NCBI GenBank assembly: GCA_044225365.1 | Contig: JBGAIQ010000002.1 | Coordinates: forward strand, 1-64,000 | DNA from: Planctomycetota bacterium | Lineage (GTDB): Bacteria; Planctomycetota; B15-G4; JADJEK01 | DNA length: 64,000 bases | Reading direction: 5' to 3' | Program-made: the position numbers and the translations under genes | In this document: positions 49,607 through 59,395 of the stretch, piece after piece | How the letters are laid out: the number at the start of each line of letters is the position of its first letter | Numbering within the stretch: position 1 is the first letter of the stretch | Notes under the pieces: model-generated | Told to the model about the DNA's origin: nothing | The model's database searches: none | The model's input: the letters and a program-made list of their open reading frames with translations, nothing else

Positions 49607-51982
49607 TCAGTTCGTCGACGCCGCGACCTCGTCGGGCATGAGGACCGCATCGACCACTTCGTCCGCCGAGTCGACGAGGATGAATTCGAGGCGATCCCTC
49701 ACCTCCGCGGGGATCTCGTCGAGGTCGATCTCGTTGCGGCGGGGAAGGACGACGCGCTTCGCGCCGGCGCGAGCGGCCGCCAAGACCTTCTCGCGGATGC
49801 CGCCGACCGGAAGTACTTGACCGCGCAAAGTGATCTCACCCGTCATGGCTAGGTCGTGGCGTCCGCGTCGTCCGGTGAGGATCGAAGCGAGCGCCGAGAG
49901 CATCGCGACACCTGCGGAAGGACCATCCTTCGGCACCGCGCCCGCGGGGACATGGACGTGGTAGTCGAACTCCCTCGCGCGGGGAAAGACGTCCGGCTGA
50001 CTCTTCAGCCAGGTGAGTGCTGCCATCGCGGATTCCTTCATCACGTCGCCGAGGCTGCCCGTGATCTGGAGACGGCCGTCGCCGGGGGTGCGCGCGGCCT
50101 CCACGAAGAGGACTTCGCCCCCGACCGGTGTCCACGCGAGTCCCATGACGACACCGGGCCGCTGCACTCGTTCCAGCGCCTCGCGGAAGATCTTCTTCGG
50201 ACCGAGGAACCTCGTGAGATCCGCCGTCGTGACCTTCACGAACTCGTCCTTGCCCGTCGCGACCTCGAGAGCGAGTCGCCGCGCGATCGCGCCGAGCTGA
50301 CGCTCGAGCGAACGGACGCCCGCTTCGCTCGTGTAGCCCTCGATGATCGCCGTGATCGCGTCGTCGTCGATGTCGACGCGCAACGGATCGAGACCCGATT
50401 GCTCGGCGACCCGGCGCCACAGGTGGCGGCGCGCGATCACGACCTTCTCGAGCGCGGTGTAGCTCGGGATCTCGATCACCTCCATGCGATCGAGCAAGGG
50501 ACGAGTCAGAGTCTCGAGGGTGTTCGCGGTCGTGATGAAGAGCACGCGCGAGAGATCGAACGGCACCTCGATGTAGCGATCCGTGAAGTCCTTGTTCTGT
50601 TCGGGGTCGAGCACTTCGAGGAGGGCCGCCGCCGGATCGCCGTGATACGACGCAGCCATCTTGTCGATCTCGTCGACGACGAAGACCGGGTTCTTGGTGC
50701 CCGCCTTGCGCAGCGCGGAGATGATTCGCCCGGGCAGCGCACCGACGTAGGTTCGTCGATGTCCGCGGATCTCGGACTCATCGGAGACTCCGCCCACACT
50801 GATCCGCACGAGCTCACGGCCCGTCGCTTCGGCGACGGCCTGGGCGAGACTCGTCTTACCGACGCCAGGCGGCCCGACGAAGCAAAGGATCGGTGCGCGA
50901 CCGTCCGGTCGCAGTTTGCGCACTGCGAGCGATTCGAGGATGCGCTCCTTTGCCTTGCGCAGACCGAAGTGCTCGCGATCGAGAACCGCGCGCGCCTCTT
51001 CGAGATCGGCGCGCTCCTTCGAAGTCTTCGTCCAGGGCAGGGCTGCGAGCCATTCGAGATAGCTCACGATGTACCCGCGTTCGGGCGACGACGAGCCCAT
51101 CGATTCGAGTCGCTTCAACTCGCGATCGGCGACCGTGCGCGCTTCGGGATTGAGATCCGCCTTCGCGAGTTTCTCGCGCAGCGTGGCGATCTCGGAGTCA
51201 TCCTCCTCCCCGAGTTCCTTACGGATCGCGCGCAGCTGCTCGTTCAGAATCGCCTTTCGCTTGTGCTCCTCGAGTTGCCCATGCACCTGGGTCTCGATCT
51301 TCTTGCTCAGTTCCAGCACTTCGATCGAGCGGCCGACGAGGCGAGAAACGACGCGCAGGCGCTCCTTCACGTCGAACGCCTCGAGCACCTCCTGCTTCTC
51401 GTCGCGTTGGAAGGGCAATGCCGCGGCGATCATGTCCGCGAGTGCGCCCGGCTCGCCGATCCTCTCGGCGAGGGCCGAGAGGTCGTGGGCGGTCGTCGGT
51501 GAGTTCTCCGCGATCTGGCGCACGAGACTCTTGATCGTGCGCACGAGGGCGTCGGACTCGACGTCGTGTTTCGCGGGCGCTTCGGGCACGACTTCGATGT
51601 CGGCGAGCAGGTACGACCCGGTCGAAACGACTCGCGACAGAACGGCACGGGTCGTCGACTGGACGATCGCCGTGAGATTCTCACCGTCCTGATTCACCAC
51701 CTTGAGGACGCGCGCGATGACACCGATGCGGTGGAGATCGGCCTCGCTCGGCGTTTCCACCTCGACGCGCTTCTGCATCACGAGGAAGACCTCTTGTTCC
51801 GCGCTGCGCTGCTTCAGAGCGGCTTCGATGGCGGCGCGGGTCGCGGGGCGCCCAACGGCGAGCGGAGCGGGGATCCCCGGCAGGGGGACGATCCCGCGAA
51901 GCGGAACGATCGGCAGACTCCGCAGCTTGCCGATCGAACTCGTCGAATTCGTGTCACGGTTGGGCGTCGAGTTGTCGCGCAT
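49607..51982 (-). CDS. lon: ATP-dependent protease La
   Basis: LON N-domain, [43 protein letters not shown]; AAGGAGG RBS. Confidence 0.97.
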   Translation of the reverse strand: MRDNSTPNRDTNSTSSIGKLRSLPIVPLRGIVPLPGIPAPLAVGRPATRAAIEAALKQRSAEQEVFLVMQKRVEVETPSEADLHRIGVIARVLKVVNQDGENLTAIVQSTTRAVLSRVVSTGSYLLADIEVVPEAPAKHDVESDALVRTIKSLVRQIAENSPTTAHDLSALAERIGEPGALADMIAAALPFQRDEKQEVLEAFDVKERLRVVSRLVGRSIEVLELSKKIETQVHGQLEEHKRKAILNEQLRAIRKELGEEDDSEIATLREKLAKADLNPEARTVADRELKRLESMGSSSPERGYIVSYLEWLAALPWTKTSKERADLEEARAVLDREHFGLRKAKERILESLAVRKLRPDGRAPILCFVGPPGVGKTSLAQAVAEATGRELVRISVGGVSDESEIRGHRRTYVGALPGRIISALRKAGTKNPVFVVDEIDKMAASYHGDPAAALLEVLDPEQNKDFTDRYIEVPFDLSRVLFITTANTLETLTRPLLDRMEVIEIPSYTALEKVVIARRHLWRRVAEQSGLDPLRVDIDDDAITAIIEGYTSEAGVRSLERQLGAIARRLALEVATGKDEFVKVTTADLTRFLGPKKIFREALERVQRPGVVMGLAWTPVGGEVLFVEAARTPGDGRLQITGSLGDVMKESAMAALTWLKSQPDVFPRAREFDYHVHVPAGAVPKDGPSAGVAMLSALASILTGRRGRHDLAMTGEITLRGQVLPVGGIREKVLAAARAGAKRVVLPRRNEIDLDEIPAEVRDRLEFILVDSADEVVDAVLMPDEVAASTN

Positions 51983-52068
51983 GGGTGCCTCCTTTTGCGA
52001 TTCGATGACGAACAGCGCAAATGGGGGACCGGATCGATGCGTCGACCCAGGAAGCAGGCCGTTCGCGG

Positions 52069-53050
52069 TCAGCCGTAGCGGTCGAGCGAGCGGAGGTGTT
52101 CTTCGAACTCGGCGAGGGACCCGGCGCGGGTCGCGGCTTCGAACAGCGAGTCGAGCGACTCACTGTCGTTGGCCTTGCGAACGCTCGCGATCGCCGCCGC
52201 GCTTGCTGCGCCGAATCGGTTTTCGATCACGCGCTCGATGACTCGGCGCAAGGTCTCGACGCGTCCCTCGACGCGTCCTTCTTTCCGACCTTCTTCGACC
52301 AGGCTTTCGAGGAGATTGCGTGCCATGGGTTCCGCCTTGCGTCCAAGACGCTCACCGAGTTTCGCCGCGAATGCACGAGGATCGGTCCTGGGTTCGAGGA
52401 ACGACAAAGTGTACCGCCAGAGGGGCCTTGCGGCCCGGCCCGCCTCGTCGTTCTCGATCACCGCGCCCACCCAGGTCGACTCGGCGAGCAAGCGTTCTGC
52501 GAAACAAGGACGTCGCGAACACTTCAGCGGCCAGAGCCCGCATCCCGACGCGTTGTCGCGCTCGTGAATGCGACGAAGATCGAGGTCGGGCGTCGTACCG
52601 AGATCGACGAACACGACCGGAAACGTCGGCATCCATGCCTCGAGCGAGCACTTGAATGCCGGGTCTACCGCGAACGAACCGCGCAGATCCGTTTCGACCT
52701 TGTTGCTGGAAGGTCCGTGCTGCGCGTGAAGAGATCCAGGTTCGTGAAGGGGTCGGGGATTGCAATGGGGGCCTCGACCGACGAAACGCAGCCATGGCGC
52801 AAGGGTGATGAACCGGGGACGAAATCGATGAAGACCCACGGTGCGACGAGTTCGACCGCTCGAGTCGCAAGAGCGAGGAGAGCGCGCACGCCCGCGTTTC
52901 GCTTGGAGTTGGAGTGGTCGGCGTGTCGAACTCGGCGATGGATCGGGGAGCATCGACCCGGCGCCCCTGCCGCGTCGAGATCCGTGCGGGTGAGCGATCG
53001 TGCGTCCCATCGGAGTCACCGGGCGCTCGCGAAAGGCGTCGTGCAAGCGA
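52069..53050 (-). pseudogene. Rpn/YhgA-like (recombination-promoting nuclease/putative transposase) gene, N-terminal part decayed
   Basis: The C-terminal half is recognisable (PTFPVVFVDL, WRY, M.NLLESLVEEGRKEGRVEG, RFG, LDSLFE). The N-terminal HDAF remnant lies near 53045, but no intact PD-(D/E)xK or EHQ motif is visible. Confidence 0.7.
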
Positions 53051-53128
53051 ACGGGCGCGCTCGAGCGCGCCCGTTCGACGATCCTCACGCGGCTTGCGAG
53101 AGGAGCTTGCGGCGGGGATTTCCCGTCG

Positions 53129-54151
53129 TCACTTCACCACGCGGCAGGAGCCGCCGTGCTTCGCGTGATAGTCCTGGTGATACTCCTCGGCGGGCCAGAA
53201 CGTCTCGCCCGGAGCATTCACCTGAGTCACGATCTTGCTGCCCTTGAACTCGTCGGTCTCGGAGAGTTCGGCGATGTACGCCAGCGCTTCCTTCTGCTGC
53301 GCTTCGGAGGATGCGAAGATCGCAGAGCGGTACTGATCGCCGAAATCGGGACCCTGGCGATTCAGCGTCGTCGGATCGTGGTTCTTGAAGAACGTGACGA
53401 GCAGATCGTGATAGCTCGTGCGAGCGGGGTCGAAGACGACCTTCACGGTCTCGGCATGGCCCGTGCCGTGTCCGCAGACGTCCTGATACGTCGGCTTCTT
53501 CGTCTTGCCGCCCATGTATCCCGACTCGGCATCGATGACGCCAGGGATCTGGGCGAAGACGTCCTCGACCCCCCAGAAGCAGCCGCCGGCGAAGTACGCG
53601 GTCTCCGACTTGACGGGCTGCGATTCCGGCGGGAGGGGCTGGCCGTCCTCGACGAACGAGAGGGCTTCGCCGTTCATGCAGAAGCGCAGGCCCGTGGGAC
53701 GCGGTCCGTCGTCGAAGACGTGACCGAGGTGCGAAGAACATCGCGCGCAGCGGGTCTCGACTCGCGCCATGCCGAGGCTGTCGTCCTCGACGTGTCCCAC
53801 GTGATCGGGATCGAAGGGCTGGAAGAACGACGGCCAGCCCGTACCGGAATCGAACTTGGCGTCCGACTTGAAGAGCGGCAGACCGCAGACGACGCAGGTG
53901 TAGATGCCGTTCTTGTGGTTGTCGACGAGCCCACCGCAGAACGGGCGTTCGGTGCCGGAGTCCTGGGTGATCTCGTACTGCTTGGGGGTGAGTTTCTTGG
54001 CGAGTTCGGCGACGCGGGCCTTGGAGAGCGGAGTGACGTCGTAGCCGGACTTGGAGTAGTGGGGACCGCGCACGGGAGTGTCCTCCTTCGGTTGCTGCGG
54101 ATCACAGGCGGGAGTCAACAAGGTCGAAAGTAGCACCAATGTTCGGATCAT
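53129..54151 (-). CDS. msrAB: Bifunctional methionine sulfoxide reductase, MsrB-MsrA order, probable lipoprotein
   Basis: GTERPF, KFDSGTGWPSF, HLGHVFDDGP, RFCMN (MsrB); GGCFWG, GHAETV, HDPT, AEEYHQDY (MsrA); signal ending TPAC. Confidence 0.95.
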   Translation of the reverse strand: MIRTLVLLSTLLTPACDPQQPKEDTPVRGPHYSKSGYDVTPLSKARVAELAKKLTPKQYEITQDSGTERPFCGGLVDNHKNGIYTCVVCGLPLFKSDAKFDSGTGWPSFFQPFDPDHVGHVEDDSLGMARVETRCARCSSHLGHVFDDGPRPTGLRFCMNGEALSFVEDGQPLPPESQPVKSETAYFAGGCFWGVEDVFAQIPGVIDAESGYMGGKTKKPTYQDVCGHGTGHAETVKVVFDPARTSYHDLLVTFFKNHDPTTLNRQGPDFGDQYRSAIFASSEAQQKEALAYIAELSETDEFKGSKIVTQVNAPGETFWPAEEYHQDYHAKHGGSCRVVK

Positions 54152-54269
54152 GGGGAATCCTTCGGCATTCGAGAGCATCTTGGATGCATCGGTCGCGTCC
54201 GGGTTTCGGGCCGAACGAGGATTGTGGGAACCGCAGGGATTTCGGCTCCCCACAGCTTAATCTCTCGGG

Positions 54270-55172
54270 ATGGTGCAATCATCGGCTCCCATCGCATTGA
54301 TCGAAGGCGGCGGATCGTGGTTTCGCTGCTCCGTCGCGACGGAATCGTCGCGAATCGAAGTCGAGCAGACGATTGCGACGACGACCCCCGAGGAGACTCT
54401 CGCAGCGGTCACGGAGTTCTTCGCGCAAAGGTCCAAGAGCTACGCGGCCGTCGGGCTCGCGTGCTTCGGCCCCCTCGACATCGACTCCGACTCGCCGACG
54501 TTCGGGCGCATGCTCGATACGCCGAAGCCGGGGTGGTCGGGTTTCGACGTCACGGGATTCCTGAAGGATCGCCTTCACGCTCCGGTCAGCTTCCATACCG
54601 ACGTGATCGGCGCAGGCCTCGGTGAGTGGGTCGAAGGAGCCGCGCGTGGAGTGCAGTCCCTGCTCTACATCACGGTCGGTACCGGAATCGGCGGCGGCGC
54701 GATCGTGAACGGTGTTCCGGTGAGCGGCCGAATGCACTCCGAACTCGGCCACGTCTCGTTGCGTCGTGAACCCGGCGATCGATTCCCGGGCGTGTGTCCT
54801 TTCCACGGCAATTGTCTCGAGGGCCTCGCGTCCGGTCCTTCGATCAGCAAGCGTGCAATGAAGAAAGCGGAGACGCTGCCGCTCGATCATCCGGTGCTCG
54901 TGCGCGCGACGGGCTACCTGGCGCAGGCGATCGCGAACTTCGTTCTCACGCTCGCTCCGGACGTGGTCGTCATGGGCGGCGGCGTGATGCGCGGAGGCGA
55001 GATGCTGCAGCCGATTCGAACGCGGATCCACGAACACCTGCGGGACTATTTGCCGCGATTCAAGTCCGAAGCGGCGATCGAGCAACTCGTCGTGGGGCCG
55101 GCACTCGCGGAACGATCGGCTCTGGTCGGCGCTCGCGAACTCGTCACGCGGGGCCAGATCGTTCGTCGCTGA
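54270..55172 (+). CDS. ROK family sugar kinase (fructokinase-like)
   Basis: IEGGGS, FGPLD, TPKPGW, YITVGTGIGGG, HSELGH, CPFHGNCLEGLASG. Confidence 0.9.
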   Translation: MVQSSAPIALIEGGGSWFRCSVATESSRIEVEQTIATTTPEETLAAVTEFFAQRSKSYAAVGLACFGPLDIDSDSPTFGRMLDTPKPGWSGFDVTGFLKDRLHAPVSFHTDVIGAGLGEWVEGAARGVQSLLYITVGTGIGGGAIVNGVPVSGRMHSELGHVSLRREPGDRFPGVCPFHGNCLEGLASGPSISKRAMKKAETLPLDHPVLVRATGYLAQAIANFVLTLAPDVVVMGGGVMRGGEMLQPIRTRIHEHLRDYLPRFKSEAAIEQLVVGPALAERSALVGARELVTRGQIVRR

Positions 55173-56508
55173 TCGACCCGGGTGCGCGCAAGAGTACGAG
55201 GTGCTCGTGACGCCGCCCGCGCGCGAGGCGGTAGGTCGACGGACGCTCCTCGGATGCGGCGGCGACGAAGTCGAGGCCCGCCGCGGCAGCGCAGGCGGTC
55301 GTGAGCTCGAGTCCGTCGATGAAACGATCGCGGACGGCGGAATCGCCGACGATGAGGACGACGTTGCCGCCGGGCTTGGCGATCCGCCGCATCTCGCGCA
55401 GCGCGGCGGAGAAGTCGCTGCGGAATTCGTCGATCGCCGCGCCAGGATGGCGCTCGCGCGAAGTGCTGCGCGATCCGAGTTCGTGCGCCTTCGCCGCGGT
55501 GAGATCGATCGCGAACATCGTCGCACGGAGCGCCTGGATGCCCGCGTAGTCGTAGGTCCCGAGATATGGCGGCGACGAAACGACGAGCTTCGCGCAACCG
55601 CTCGAGAGCGGCAGGTTCCGAGCGTCGGCCATCGCGACGACGGGCTCCTTCGAACCCTGCGGCGTGACCCGACACAATTCGGCGATGCCCTTTCCGAACT
55701 CCTCGGCGCGATCGCGATAGAACCGCGCCGGCGCACCGCGCGGGACGCGCCCGACGCGTTGGAATTCGACCGTCTCCGCGCTCTTCTGCGACATGCGGAT
55801 CGCGATCGAGGAGAGCACCATCTCGAGGACGAATCGACGCGTGGTCTCGGGCTCGCGCGCGATCGCATCGCGCAGGGTGCGCAGTTCGGCGAGCACGTCG
55901 CGCGGGAACCAGTGCTCGACGGAATCGAGTGCGGCTTCGCCCTCCGCATCCCGTCGCGCGTTCCGCTCGGCGTAGTACTTGGCGTAGGAGAAGGGCTCCT
56001 TCTCGTCGTCCTCTTCGTCGTCCTCCACGAGCTCGCCTTCGCGCGAGAGTTTCAGCACGAAAGTGCCGAGCTTGGCGGCCGTCGCTTCCATCGTGCGCCG
56101 CTCGTCACCGGGCAGGCGCAGGGTCTTCACGCGCGCGATGCGCGCCGCGATCGGATTCACGTCGCCGCCGAAGGCGCGCCGGCCTGCAGCCAGCGCCTCG
56201 ACGAGCACCGTTCCGCTGCCGACGAAGGGATCGACGACGAGATCGCCCACGCCCGAAAACGAAGCGATCAGCGATCGCACGACGTGGGGATGGACCCGTG
56301 CGGGATAGGCGTGCAATCCGTGCGTCAGTTCGCGAGCTTCACCGCGGCCCGCACGCCACGCCGCCGCGAGTTTGCCGGCCTCGACGGCCGAGCCCTTCGT
56401 CTCGATCTTGCCCGTCGATTGCGAGACGGCGCGGCGTTGCTTCTGCGCCTGCTTCACTCGCTCCCGGCGGCGGCGATTCCTCTCGCCGCTGCGTTCATCG
56501 GCCGCCAT
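55144..56508 (-). CDS. Orphan amino-DNA methyltransferase-like protein (SPPY type)
   Basis: THGLHAYPA, SAM motif DPFVGSGT, GDVNP, catalytic SSPPY, YDY; no neighbouring endonuclease. Confidence 0.8.
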   Translation of the reverse strand: MAADERSGERNRRRRERVKQAQKQRRAVSQSTGKIETKGSAVEAGKLAAAWRAGRGEARELTHGLHAYPARVHPHVVRSLIASFSGVGDLVVDPFVGSGTVLVEALAAGRRAFGGDVNPIAARIARVKTLRLPGDERRTMEATAAKLGTFVLKLSREGELVEDDEEDDEKEPFSYAKYYAERNARRDAEGEAALDSVEHWFPRDVLAELRTLRDAIAREPETTRRFVLEMVLSSIAIRMSQKSAETVEFQRVGRVPRGAPARFYRDRAEEFGKGIAELCRVTPQGSKEPVVAMADARNLPLSSGCAKLVVSSPPYLGTYDYAGIQALRATMFAIDLTAAKAHELGSRSTSRERHPGAAIDEFRSDFSAALREMRRIAKPGGNVVLIVGDSAVRDRFIDGLELTTACAAAAGLDFVAAASEERPSTYRLARGRRHEHLVLLRAPGSISDERSGPA

Positions 56509-57873
56509 TCAACCCCGATTCCGTTCGGTGCTCGGCGGCGCGCTGCGCTCGTTCTTGCGGATGTCCTCGAGGCTCTGCAATGTGATCTTCGCGGAGAGCG
56601 TGCCGGCATCGCGTACGTACTCGATCACGACGCCGTCGCCCGGCTGATGGGAGTCGAGGATGCGATAGAGATCGTCGAAGTTGTGAATGCGCTCGCCATC
56701 GATCGCGACGATCACGTCGCCCTTGCCGTGGTAGATGAGACTCTCGGGTTCCATGCTCCCTCGCAGCCCCGCGACTTGCGCCGGGCTGTTGGGGACGACG
56801 TAGCCTACCATGACGCCGTCGATCCGGTTGTTCAGCTCCGATTGGACCTTGATCCCGAGCCCGGCCTTCTCGGGCCGACCGCGCGTGATGAGATCGGGCA
56901 CGATCTTGTTGACGACATCGACGGGGATCGCGAAGCCGATGCCCGCATTGCCGCCGTTCTCGGCGACGATCGCCGTCGTCACGCCGATGAGTCGGCCGGC
57001 CGAATCGAGCAGGGGCCCGCCCGAGTTGCCGAAGTTGATCGCGGCATCGGTCTGGATGACGTCCTGGATGATGTTGCGCGAACCCGTCCCCGAGCGAATC
57101 GTCCGTCCGAGCGCGGAGACGAGCCCGCCCGTCAGCGTCGACGACAGTCCGAACGGGTTGCCGATCGAGAACACGCGTTGTCCCACTCGCAGGTCGCGAC
57201 TCTCACCGACGAGGATGGGGGAGAGGTGAGAAGCGGGAGCTTCGATCTTCAGGACCGCGAGATCCTTGTCCTCGTCGAACCCGATGATGTGCGCCGACCA
57301 GTCCGTGAGGTCCTGAAGCCGAACCATCAGATCGAAGTGGCCCTCGACGACGTGGTAGTTCGTGACGATGTGTCCCGCGTCGTCCCAGACGATTCCGGAG
57401 CCGCTGTCCCAGGCGAAGGCGCTCTCGAGCGCGTCGTTCTCGAGCTTGATCGACTTGCCGGTCGTCGGGCTCGGTAGCACCAGTTCGCCCGGCTTCACCT
57501 GCCACGATTGACGCAACTTCTCGATCGCGTCGGGAGCGAGGTTGAGCGAGACGTTGAGGCCCGGCACCGCGATCTGGTCGCGCAAGTGGCTCGCCGCGAT
57601 GAAGGCCACCGACTTCGACGCGCGATCGAACAGTTCGACGACCGACTGCTCGTCGGCGGGCAACGGCGTCGAGCGCGGCGACACTTCGCGCGGCTTGCTC
57701 GAATCGACGTGATGAAGACCCTGGAAGTTGAGGCAGTCGGGCGCGAAGAGTGCGCCCGCGAAGAAGCCCATGACCGCGATCACGAGCAACGGGAGCCATC
57801 GTCGAGGGCGCCCATGCGGCCCATGCGACCCATGCAAGGGCGGACCGTGCATGCCAAGCGATGCAGAGTTCAT
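56509..57873 (-). CDS. HtrA/DegP-like S1C serine protease with one PDZ domain
   Basis: N-terminal TM helix; SGSGIVWD, VTNYHVV, DLAVLKI, IGNPFGL, QTDAAINFGNSGGPL; PDZ segment GDVIVAIDG. Confidence 0.93.
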   Translation of the reverse strand: MNSASLGMHGPPLHGSHGPHGRPRRWLPLLVIAVMGFFAGALFAPDCLNFQGLHHVDSSKPREVSPRSTPLPADEQSVVELFDRASKSVAFIAASHLRDQIAVPGLNVSLNLAPDAIEKLRQSWQVKPGELVLPSPTTGKSIKLENDALESAFAWDSGSGIVWDDAGHIVTNYHVVEGHFDLMVRLQDLTDWSAHIIGFDEDKDLAVLKIEAPASHLSPILVGESRDLRVGQRVFSIGNPFGLSSTLTGGLVSALGRTIRSGTGSRNIIQDVIQTDAAINFGNSGGPLLDSAGRLIGVTTAIVAENGGNAGIGFAIPVDVVNKIVPDLITRGRPEKAGLGIKVQSELNNRIDGVMVGYVVPNSPAQVAGLRGSMEPESLIYHGKGDVIVAIDGERIHNFDDLYRILDSHQPGDGVVIEYVRDAGTLSAKITLQSLEDIRKNERSAPPSTERNRG

Positions 57874-57959
57874 CGATCCTCGTCCCGGCAGGGGCCCACC
57901 ACCGGCGCGCACAGTGTACTCGACCGAATCGCGTTCGGCACGAATAGCAGGATTACTGC

Positions 57960-57976
57960 TCCCCAGTAACTGGGGA
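57960..57976. promoter_or_regulatory. Perfect palindrome in a divergent promoter region, possible operator
   Basis: TCCCCAGT-a-ACTGGGGA between htrA and the TIGR00300 gene. Confidence 0.35.
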
Positions 57977-58159
57977 TAACCGGGGCCGGCTAGCGGCGCG
58001 AGACGGGGCAGCGAACACCCAACTCGAAAAATGATCGGAGTTTCCAAGCGAAATCCGACCTGGGCACGCGTCCCGAGCCGGGTGCTTGCATTCGATCCAT
58101 CCTGTACCCTGGCGAGATCGCGAACTCGGTCCCCTTCCGTCCCTTTCATGGGTAGAGCG

Positions 58160-59395
58160 ATGCACCGAACCCGACTCGCCCTCGAAGGGCATCTCATCGA
58201 CAGCGGACTGCTCGCGCGCTGCTTCGCCACCGTGATCGAAGGCGGAGGGAGCTACGAGGTCCTCGAATTCCACGTCGGCCGCACGAAGCGCGAGTATTCC
58301 CGGGTGCACCTCCAGGTGAGCGCAGGAGAGCGCGCGACGCAGAGTCGGATCGTCGCGAATCTCGTCGCGCTCGGTTGCAGCGTGCCCGCACCCCTGCCAG
58401 TTGCGCTCGAGCGAGTGACGAAGGACGGTGTCGCGCCCGTACACTTCTATGCGAGCACCCATCATCCCACCGAGATCCGAGTGGCGGATCGTTGGATCAA
58501 GGTCCGCGATCAGCGGATGGACGGCGTGATCGTCGTCGACGGACGGCGCGCCCGGTGCGTCCTCATTCGCGGCTTGAAGAAGGGCGATCGCGTCGTTTGC
58601 GGCGTCGAAGGCGTCCGCACGACGCAGCCGTTCCAGGAGAAGAAGGCCGAGTCGTTCGCGTTCATGAAGTCCGAGGCGTCGAGCGAGCGCGCGGTCGAGG
58701 TGAAGGCGAAGGAGGTCGCGCGTCTCGTCCGCGAGGCGAAGGATCGCGGACAGAAGATCGTGTTCGTTCCGGGCCCGGTCGTCGTCCACACCGGCGGAGC
58801 GGACGCGCTGTGCAATCTCGTGCGGCGCGGCTGGGTCGATGCCGTTCTCTCCGGGAATGCGCTCGCCGTCCACGACATCGAACGGGCGCTCTATGGCACG
58901 TCGCTCGGCGTCGACGTGAAGCGAGGGATTCCGACGGCGGAAGGTCACATGCATCACCTGCGCGCGATCAACGAGATCCGCCGCTGTGGGTCGATCGAGA
59001 AAGCAGTGAAGGCCGGCGTCGTGAAGTCCGGCGTCATGCATGCGCTCGTGCGCGCGAAGGTGCCCTTCGTGCTCGCGGGTTCGATCCGCGACGACGGCCC
59101 CTTGCCGGACACCGAGATGGATCTGCTCGTCGCGCAGAAGCGCTACGCGGAGCAGTTGAAGGGCGCCGGGATCGTGATCGTGCTGGCTTCGATGCTGCAC
59201 GGCATCGGTGTCGGCAACATGACGGCCTCACAGGTGCCGATCGTCTGCGTCGATATCCATTCGAGCGTGGTGACGAAGCTCGCGGACCGCGGCTCCGCGC
59301 AGGCGATCGGCATCGTCACCGACGTCTCGGCCTTCTTGCATCGGCTCGACGTCGAGCTGCGAGGGCGGGCCAAGATTCAGCGAGGTAAGCGATGA
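58160..59395 (+). CDS. TIGR00300 (LOR/SDH) family protein, probable ornithine cyclodeaminase of the ArgZ/AgrE C-terminal type
   Basis: LEGHLIDSG, DGVAP..FY.ST, QRMD, FAFM...SSER, GPVVVHTG, GNALAVHDIE, LAGSIRDDGPLP, MLHGIGVGN, KLADRGS. Confidence 0.85.
   Translation: MHRTRLALEGHLIDSGLLARCFATVIEGGGSYEVLEFHVGRTKREYSRVHLQVSAGERATQSRIVANLVALGCSVPAPLPVALERVTKDGVAPVHFYASTHHPTEIRVADRWIKVRDQRMDGVIVVDGRRARCVLIRGLKKGDRVVCGVEGVRTTQPFQEKKAESFAFMKSEASSERAVEVKAKEVARLVREAKDRGQKIVFVPGPVVVHTGGADALCNLVRRGWVDAVLSGNALAVHDIERALYGTSLGVDVKRGIPTAEGHMHHLRAINEIRRCGSIEKAVKAGVVKSGVMHALVRAKVPFVLAGSIRDDGPLPDTEMDLLVAQKRYAEQLKGAGIVIVLASMLHGIGVGNMTASQVPIVCVDIHSSVVTKLADRGSAQAIGIVTDVSAFLHRLDVELRGRAKIQRGKR

Noticed and set aside
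54223-54254. Hairpin between msrAB and the ROK gene
   Set aside because: Imperfect stem between divergent starts with no U-tract; not distinguishable from chance in GC-rich DNA.
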